Of a DNA stretch of 64,000 nucleotides, positions 57,746 through 64,000 are shown piece by piece. The DNA lies in assembly GCF_030530965.1 (NCBI RefSeq), contig NZ_JAUMTY010000004.1, forward strand, positions 12,057 to 76,056. Direction: 5' to 3'. Position 1 is the stretch's first letter; every line of letters begins with the position of its first letter. The position numbers and the translations under genes are program-made. The notes beneath the pieces were generated by a model. It saw only the letters and a program-made list of their open reading frames with translations. It was not told where the DNA came from and made no database searches. The stretch is from Corynebacterium sp. GTDB taxonomy: Bacteria; Actinomycetota; Actinomycetes; Mycobacteriales; Mycobacteriaceae.

Positions 57746-59425
57746 TTAGTTGTGCCATTCCTCAATGTTGTACCAAGGCCCGAATAAGGAGCCGTGGGAA
57801 TGCGGTTCGACAATCTGGTCGCCAGTTTTCATGCCGTGGTTATTGAGCACGTAGGAGTGAGCACCGTACGTGAGCGCGAGCATGGCAGGCTTCTTCCGAT
57901 ACTCCTGCTGGACTTTCTTGTATAGCCTGTTGCGCTTGTCCTTGTCGGATTCGGCTCGCGCCTGGTCTAGCAGCTTGTCGATTTCTGGATTGACGTAGTC
58001 CGACGCGTTATCCCACTTCGCTCCGACGCCGTCGGCCGCATACTTCGAATGCAAAATGTGATAGATCTGTCCGTCGATGGTGTAAGGCTCACCGCCACCG
58101 CCCAGCATGACCGGCGTGGAGTTGTACACCTCTTGGGTCACCGCGCTGGAGTCTTTGGCCACCGGGTTGATCTGAATGCCAATAGCCTTCAGGTCCGAGG
58201 CTGCGGCGAGGGTTAAATCCTTTCGGGCGGCATCGCGGTTAGGGAAGTAGATAACATCCATTTCCGCTCGCTGGCCGTCCTTGGCTCTGATGCCGTCGGA
58301 TCCTTTAACCCAACCGGCGTCGTCGAGAATTTTTTCCGCCTTCTTTGTGTCGTGGGGGATCTCCGCGTCTTTGTCGTAGGCATCGCCATAAGCGTCGGTG
58401 ATGAAGGTACTGGTTGGGGTTCCGTGGCCTGCATAAATGTCGTCAATCATCTTTTGCCGATCGACGCCGAGGTTCACGGCCATGCGGATCGCGTCATCAC
58501 CGGCGACGGGGTGAGCGGCGGGCAGGGAGATACCTCGCCAATCCAGGGATTCGATGTGCTCCGCGGAGATGTCTTTTGCCTTGGCGACGGTGTCGGCCAG
58601 CTTGGCTTCGAGCATGGTGCCGTCGCCCTCGCCGACGCGCATCTGCTGCGCCCGGGTGTTGTCGTCGGTGTTGTGCCGGATGACGATCTTCTTGGTCTCG
58701 GGGGCGTCGCTCCAGTAGCCGTCGCGCGCCTCGAGGATCGCTTCATCTGGACGGAGAGATGTGACCTTGTATGGCCCCGTGCCAATGGGATCTGAGTTAA
58801 TCTTCATGTCCTCTGCCTTCACCGGGTTGGTGAAGTCGAAGGCTTCGGAAGGAGCAATAGCTCGGTAGATGCGACGGTCGAACTCGGAATCAGGGTGCTT
58901 GAGGTGGAACTTCACTGCGTGGTCGCCGTCCGGTGTGACGTCGTCGATTGATTCAACTGCCGTAGCTTCTGTGGAGGCGAAGCGCGGATCAATGATCGCT
59001 TTATAAGTGGCGACGACATCCTCCGGCCCGAATGACGATCCGTCGGAGAAGGAAATATCTTTCTTTAACGGGACGGTCCATTCGGTCAGATCATCGTTGG
59101 ATGTGGCTTCACCATCGGCGAGCACTGCCTTCGGCTTGGAGTTTTTGCCTGGTGAAACACGGTAGAGCGAGTCATAGATGTGGGACTCTCCGTTTCGCCC
59201 GTGCCCAAGGAGCGGGTTGTAGTTGCCCAGCTCCATATTTTCGAGGACGACGAACTGCTTGGTGGCGTTGTCTGAGTTTCCGCCGTCTCCGCCGGTGGAC
59301 GGTGTTGAGCATGCTGAAAGGGCCAGGGAAATGGATGCCACCGCGGTGAACGCGGTGGTTAGGCGACGGCTTCGTGACTTCTTCAGGGGAGAGCGGAAGC
59401 TGGGTGAGGAGTGAGTTCGGGACAC
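57746..59425 (-). CDS. ABC transporter substrate-binding lipoprotein, family 5 (peptide/nickel)
   Basis: Lipobox LALSAC. SBP_bac_5-like length and composition. First gene of the minus-strand operon. Confidence 0.8.
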   Translation of the reverse strand: MSRTHSSPSFRSPLKKSRSRRLTTAFTAVASISLALSACSTPSTGGDGGNSDNATKQFVVLENMELGNYNPLLGHGRNGESHIYDSLYRVSPGKNSKPKAVLADGEATSNDDLTEWTVPLKKDISFSDGSSFGPEDVVATYKAIIDPRFASTEATAVESIDDVTPDGDHAVKFHLKHPDSEFDRRIYRAIAPSEAFDFTNPVKAEDMKINSDPIGTGPYKVTSLRPDEAILEARDGYWSDAPETKKIVIRHNTDDNTRAQQMRVGEGDGTMLEAKLADTVAKAKDISAEHIESLDWRGISLPAAHPVAGDDAIRMAVNLGVDRQKMIDDIYAGHGTPTSTFITDAYGDAYDKDAEIPHDTKKAEKILDDAGWVKGSDGIRAKDGQRAEMDVIYFPNRDAARKDLTLAAASDLKAIGIQINPVAKDSSAVTQEVYNSTPVMLGGGGEPYTIDGQIYHILHSKYAADGVGAKWDNASDYVNPEIDKLLDQARAESDKDKRNRLYKKVQQEYRKKPAMLALTYGAHSYVLNNHGMKTGDQIVEPHSHGSLFGPWYNIEEWHN

Positions 59426-59755
59426 GGCAGGTCTTTCGCAAGGGAGAAAATGGAAATGAAAAGTGATGTGAGTTAGAGCATGCTAAGGAACTCTCGCCTG
59501 GTCAAACGACGCTCACCGCATACGGGGGTGAAAACCGAGTTCGTTAAAAGATTGGTTTAGGAAGGAAAGTCCGAATGGGGATCTTTGCAGGTTAGTGTGG
59601 ACGGCCAATCGCGCAGTATGGAAACGTTATTGACTAGCTCTTTACACATGGCAAAGGGCGGCTCATGACCTGCGGAGCACAGTGCTTTTTTAATCCGCAC
59701 TCCGCGTAGATCGTGGCCGCCCTGAACGAAGAATCCTGCGCTATTTACCCGCGAT

Positions 59756-60526
59756 CTATTGATCGTCGCGCAAGTTGTTTCCAGCGGTCTCTCCACCGTC
59801 CAAGACGAAGGATCCGCCTGAGGCGAACGTGGATTCGTCGGAAGCTAAGTACACGATGAGCTGGGAAATTTCGGTCGGTTCGGCGGCTCTGTCTAGCGGG
59901 ATCTGGCCGAAGCCCCGCTTGAGGTTCGCAGTCAATGGGGTGTTCACGCTGCCGGGGTGGACGGAATTGACTCGGATTCCGTACTTGCCCAGATCCAGGG
60001 CCGAGGTCTTGGTCAGCCCTTGAACACCCCACTTGGCGGCGGCATAGGCCGCACGGTGCTTAAAGCCGACGAGCCCCGCGATGGAAGAAATGTTGATGAT
60101 CGAGGACGTCTCCCTCTTCTTAAGTTCCGGAACCGCAGCCTTCATGCCGTAGAACGTTCCGGTGAGGTCAATGGCCAGGGTTAGATCCCAGTCCTTCAGC
60201 GAAGCCTCTTCCACATCACCCGCGGTGAAAACTCCGGCGTTATTGACCAAAACATCCAGGTGTCCGAAGGCCTCTACGGTTTTCTCCACTGCCTCGGTCC
60301 AGTTATCGAAATCGGTGACATCGAGGTGGACGAAAACGGCTGTGCCCTCGCCGTACTTTTCGTTGAGGTCCTTGGCCAGCTCGGTGCCCTTGTCATCTGC
60401 GATATCTGCCAGAGCTACCTTGGCTCCCTGCGAAGCTAGTACCCGGGCGTGGGATTCACCCATGCCCGATGCAGCTCCGGTGATCAGTGTGACTTTGTCG
60501 TGAACGCGTCCTTGTTGGGTATCCAT
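59756..60526 (-). CDS. SDR-family NAD(P)-dependent oxidoreductase
   Basis: TGAASGMG cofactor motif, NNAG, YxxxK. Confidence 0.85.
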   Translation of the reverse strand: MDTQQGRVHDKVTLITGAASGMGESHARVLASQGAKVALADIADDKGTELAKDLNEKYGEGTAVFVHLDVTDFDNWTEAVEKTVEAFGHLDVLVNNAGVFTAGDVEEASLKDWDLTLAIDLTGTFYGMKAAVPELKKRETSSIINISSIAGLVGFKHRAAYAAAKWGVQGLTKTSALDLGKYGIRVNSVHPGSVNTPLTANLKRGFGQIPLDRAAEPTEISQLIVYLASDESTFASGGSFVLDGGETAGNNLRDDQ

Positions 60527-60616
60527 ACCCTTACCGTAGGCTCAATCCCACATGATGGACATAGCAACTTTCCGTTTACCGCCCCCGAAAGTAGTGGACT
60601 TTGGGGGTCGATTTCT

Positions 60617-63600
60617 TTACGCTGCTGGCGGGCAGACCGGTGGTACATCTTTCTTTCCGCTTGCCCATTGCTTGAGCGCTGCAACGAAGGCGTTGGTATA
60701 ACCCACGGTGGCGTTCCCGCGCGGGTGAATCTCATCGCTCGCGAGTTCACTCACGTGGTCGTCGGCGTACGCACACCAGTCAGCTGCGTAAACGTTCGGG
60801 TACTTCTTGGCAGCGTCGACAACTTGTTGTTGAGCGTCTTGCATGTACCAACGGTCGCCATAGGGCATCGCGATAACGATGGTGTGTTTCGGGCCGATCG
60901 ACTTGATGATCTCGTCCAGCTGGCCGGGGAATGCTTGCCCATTCGTACCGAACCCCAGGAAGACGAATTGCCGCAGCGCGTCCTGGGCTTTGAGGTCGGC
61001 GATGATCGCGGGAGCGGCCTGGTAGTGGCGGGAAACCTCGGCGTTGATGTCGATACCGGGGAAGCGCTTTTGCAGCTCGGCCTGGGAGGCGAGCATGACA
61101 GAATCCCCAATCGCGTTGATATTCGACCCGTCTTTAGGCATGTCATGTGTCACGACTTTGGGAGCCGGTTTGACGGCGCCTCGCTCGGAGCGGTTTTCCG
61201 CTTGTAAGCGCTCCAACTCGGATTCCAGCGCGGTTCCGTGGCTGGTGTTGTGAATAGCCAGGCCCGCGAAGACGCAGCACAGGATCATGGTTGCGGGCAC
61301 CATCGCACCGCCGAACCGTTGCCGGCTGGTGGAACGCTCTCCGAAAATCGCGTAGCTCAGTTTCCGTGTACTTTCGATGAACCCGTATCGGCGGATCGGT
61401 GTCTCAATGAAGCGGAAGCTCAGCTCAGCCGCGACTAACGAAATGACGATCGCGATGAGCCCCGTGATCCATTTCTTCCGCCCCCACTCGTAATCCTGGA
61501 ACAGCGTCACGACGAACAGATTGGCGGGCACGTGCCACAAATACAGTGAGAACGAAACGAACCCGAGGTGCCGCAACACCTTGTTCCGGAAAATCGCCGC
61601 GACCGGGCCGGTGTTCCGCACGACGGACGCAATGATGATGGCGACGATCAACGAACTGCTGATGAGCCCACCGCGGTACGTGAAGGTGTCCTGGTCGCCC
61701 AGCCAGAAGAAGTAGAAGATCTGCACCGCGAGCGCGGGGATAGCCAAGAGGCTTAGAATCCGCCCATGTTGCAGGAGTCCCTCGCGGTATCCCCAGGTGT
61801 CGCCACGTTTTTCCGTTGACGACGAGATAGTGATCGACGCCAAAGCCGCGCCGATGAGTAGTCCGAATGCGTGGGTGTCGGTGCCGTAGTAGACGCGGGT
61901 TGCGTCGTGCCCGGGGTTGACGATGATGGCCATCGCTCCTGCAGAGATGACGGCGCCAGCGAGCGCTAGCTTCCCTACCAGCCGCGGTGTTTTGCGGAGA
62001 ATCACGAGCAGCAGCGAAACGATGAGCGGCCAAATGATGTAGAACTGTTCCTCAACCGAGAGGGACCAGTAGTGAGCGAAAATTGGCAGCTCAGACTGTG
62101 CGAAATAGCTCTGCGAGTGAGCAATCTGAACCCAGTTATTCACAAACAGTGCCGACGACCAGAACTGTCTGCCCAGGTTCACATTGACGTCGCCGCCGAT
62201 TACTCCCGCAATAGCTGCGCAAATGACAAGCGTGCTGATGGCTGCGGGGGCAATACGTCTCACACGGCGTATCCAGAAGTTCTTCAGGCTAATCGTGCGG
62301 GAATAAACGAATTCCCGAAGCAGCAGGGAAGTGATGAGGAACCCACTGAGCACGAAGAACACGTCGACGCCCAGATAACCGCCGGGCAGTACGTTGCCGA
62401 AGAGGTGGTATATCACCACCGAAATGACGGCGAGCCCACGGAGCCCATCGATCCCGGGGACATGTCTAATCCCTGTCGGAGTGCCCTTCGCCGACGTCTT
62501 TCCTGCGGTGGAGGCTTTGCCTTTGGCCGGGCTGGGTTGTGGTGCGACCTGGGTTTGAGTTCTTGCCGACGGTGTTCCCGTGGAAGATCTAACGCCTTGC
62601 GATCCATCTCTCGATGGGGAGGCGGACACGCCCGCCCGCGATGACTCTGCGCGCGATGATTTCTTTCGGCGTCCCTTGCCTGTTTTGCGCTCCGACCGCG
62701 GTTCGATTCGCTGTGGAAGCGCGGTGCCCTGTGTAAAGCGCGATATCCCGGTGGAGTGTGGGACCTCGACGGGGACGTAGTCGGCTTTAGACGGTCTTGG
62801 GGGAGCAGGCGTCTTTCGGCCTTCCTCGGGAGTAGTTCCCTCAGACACCTTCTCTGATTCTGAAGCCTTTGCAGTTTCTTGTGGAGCCGCAGCAGTTTCT
62901 CGCGAAGCCCTCGCGTCGTCATCGGCAGGGTGCGTTTGTGTTGCGTCCGCTTTGTCTTGTGCGGCGTCCGTTTGTCTCTTTACCGGCGCTCTGCCGGCCT
63001 TCTTGGCACGGTTCGTCTGTGCCGATTTTTTATCTGACGAACCCTTCGGCCGGGTACTCCGTTGCTCAGCGGAGACTGATGCGTCTGGTCTGGACCCCGA
63101 GACCTGCGGTTTCGGACGTCGCAATGAAGGCCGCGGAGCACCACTAACCTCAGACGATCTGTGTGATCGTGACAGGGACGATCCCGTAGCACGGCTACGC
63201 CCGGCACTTTTCTTCCCGACGGAACCTGCGCCCGTGATCCCGGACGTTCCCGAAGGAGTAGTCCGCGCGTCAGCTAAACGACGAGCACCGGCCGGAGCAC
63301 GGCCGACGTGCCGAAAAGACGGTGTGTCACTCTCACGGGTTGAACTCTGCGACGCCGATGTACGACGCCGCGCACTCACGGGCGTTGACGTGCGGGAAAC
63401 AGGAAAATGCGTGTCTGCAATGGCGTGATCATCGCTTCGACTCTCACGTCGTCGAACCTCACCACGGTTGCGCCGCTCGTCGCTGCTGCCTGCGCGTCTG
63501 GTTTCGTCAGCAGCCCCGTCGTCAGCCGTCGTCGATTGTTGTGATGTGGCCGATGAACCGCTGTCTGCTGAGCCGGTCGAGCGTGTCGTCGGAGAGCTGG

Positions 63601-63874
63601 CCGTAGAGGAGCCGTTCGCGGACGATCCAGCCTCGGACGATTCCGCTGCAGGGGCACCGAAAGACGCGCTCGCGGATGAAGTGGAAGAACCGGACTGACC
63701 TGGCTCAGGATCGGATTGCTGAGCCGTTGCAGACTGGCTAGGTCTCGGTGAATTACCGATAGTGGAGGCAGACCTCAACAAGGATCCTCCCTGTTGAGCA
63801 GCGGATTGCACCGCTTGTGCCGCTCGGCGGGTGGCTTTGCCCAAACCTGCAGGTGAGAGTTTTGGAAGACGCAT
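60617..63874 (-). CDS. acyltransferase-3 plus SGNH hydrolase (OatA-like O-acetyltransferase) with about 470-aa Ser/Thr/Arg/Ala-rich N-terminal region
   Basis: AT3 membrane domain starts IPGIDGLRGLAVISVV. C-terminal SGNH-like domain. No internal ATG across the N-terminal region, so real start may be an internal GTG/TTG. Confidence 0.7.
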   Translation of the reverse strand: MRLPKLSPAGLGKATRRAAQAVQSAAQQGGSLLRSASTIGNSPRPSQSATAQQSDPEPGQSGSSTSSASASFGAPAAESSEAGSSANGSSTASSPTTRSTGSADSGSSATSQQSTTADDGAADETRRAGSSDERRNRGEVRRRESRSDDHAIADTHFPVSRTSTPVSARRRTSASQSSTRESDTPSFRHVGRAPAGARRLADARTTPSGTSGITGAGSVGKKSAGRSRATGSSLSRSHRSSEVSGAPRPSLRRPKPQVSGSRPDASVSAEQRSTRPKGSSDKKSAQTNRAKKAGRAPVKRQTDAAQDKADATQTHPADDDARASRETAAAPQETAKASESEKVSEGTTPEEGRKTPAPPRPSKADYVPVEVPHSTGISRFTQGTALPQRIEPRSERKTGKGRRKKSSRAESSRAGVSASPSRDGSQGVRSSTGTPSARTQTQVAPQPSPAKGKASTAGKTSAKGTPTGIRHVPGIDGLRGLAVISVVIYHLFGNVLPGGYLGVDVFFVLSGFLITSLLLREFVYSRTISLKNFWIRRVRRIAPAAISTLVICAAIAGVIGGDVNVNLGRQFWSSALFVNNWVQIAHSQSYFAQSELPIFAHYWSLSVEEQFYIIWPLIVSLLLVILRKTPRLVGKLALAGAVISAGAMAIIVNPGHDATRVYYGTDTHAFGLLIGAALASITISSSTEKRGDTWGYREGLLQHGRILSLLAIPALAVQIFYFFWLGDQDTFTYRGGLISSSLIVAIIIASVVRNTGPVAAIFRNKVLRHLGFVSFSLYLWHVPANLFVVTLFQDYEWGRKKWITGLIAIVISLVAAELSFRFIETPIRRYGFIESTRKLSYAIFGERSTSRQRFGGAMVPATMILCCVFAGLAIHNTSHGTALESELERLQAENRSERGAVKPAPKVVTHDMPKDGSNINAIGDSVMLASQAELQKRFPGIDINAEVSRHYQAAPAIIADLKAQDALRQFVFLGFGTNGQAFPGQLDEIIKSIGPKHTIVIAMPYGDRWYMQDAQQQVVDAAKKYPNVYAADWCAYADDHVSELASDEIHPRGNATVGYTNAFVAALKQWASGKKDVPPVCPPAA

Positions 63875-64000
63875 TCTAGGTTTCGTTTAGCTCGTGAGTG
63901 AGATGGCAGAGTGCAAAGTCTAACGCACTTTGGCCGCTGACCACATACGCGCCGATAGGGCCAATGTTGCCGCATATGACCCCGTCGGAACGGGAGACGG

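Noticed and set aside
62072-63698. Plus-strand ORFs 62072-62644, 62952-63428, 63468-63698
   Set aside because: Antisense to the OatA-like gene. Arg/Pro-rich.
1-64000. Looked for CRISPR arrays, IS/transposase, integrase or prophage genes, rRNA
   Set aside because: No regularly spaced direct repeats with spacers, no transposase-like or integrase-like translated frames, no rRNA-like segments were seen. Only the small MITE-like unit near the tRNA was found.

Overview
High-GC (about 60 percent by eye) actinobacterial chromosomal segment, dense with housekeeping genes. Gene order follows the conserved mycobacterial/actinobacterial backbone: mtrA-mtrB-lpqB-comF-hpf-secA, then sigH-rshA-whiB1, then a DEAD-box helicase, adnA-adnB, a K+ channel, uvrD2, a Lon/PDZ protease and UPF0182 (equivalent to the M. 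tuberculosis Rv3246c down to Rv3193c region). All protein calls come from reading the translated ORFs and recognising families and motifs from memory. No similarity search was run. Content that departs from that backbone: (1) a BioW-BioF fusion gene, truncated at the window start and divergent from mtrA; (2) a four-gene minus-strand operon, aroA-rsgA-ClC-ClC, with two tandem ClC-type channel paralogs carrying non-canonical GRE(Q/N)AP filter motifs; (3) a low-GC island (about 20350-21800) between rshA and whiB1, with a 30-bp tandem duplication, a 57-aa membrane-protein gene missing from the ORF track, a 24-aa ribosomal protein bL37 gene also missing from the track, twin terminators and a 17-bp palindrome; (4) a poly-cysteine small ORF in the sigH leader; (5) a BluB/CobT fusion, as known in Propionibacteriaceae; (6) an inverted repeat enclosing three to four tandem 11-bp repeats upstream of a degenerate-Walker-A ABC protein plus YhgE/Pip pair; (7) an initiator tRNA-Met followed by a 157-bp element with inverted termini and an 8-bp direct repeat, MITE-like; (8) several proteins with long low-complexity extensions (MtrB, OatA-like acyltransferase, metalloprotease, aroA insertion, helicase RS tail). 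No CRISPR array, IS element, integrase or prophage genes were seen. Many long ORFs in the track are antisense artefacts of the high GC content and were rejected.
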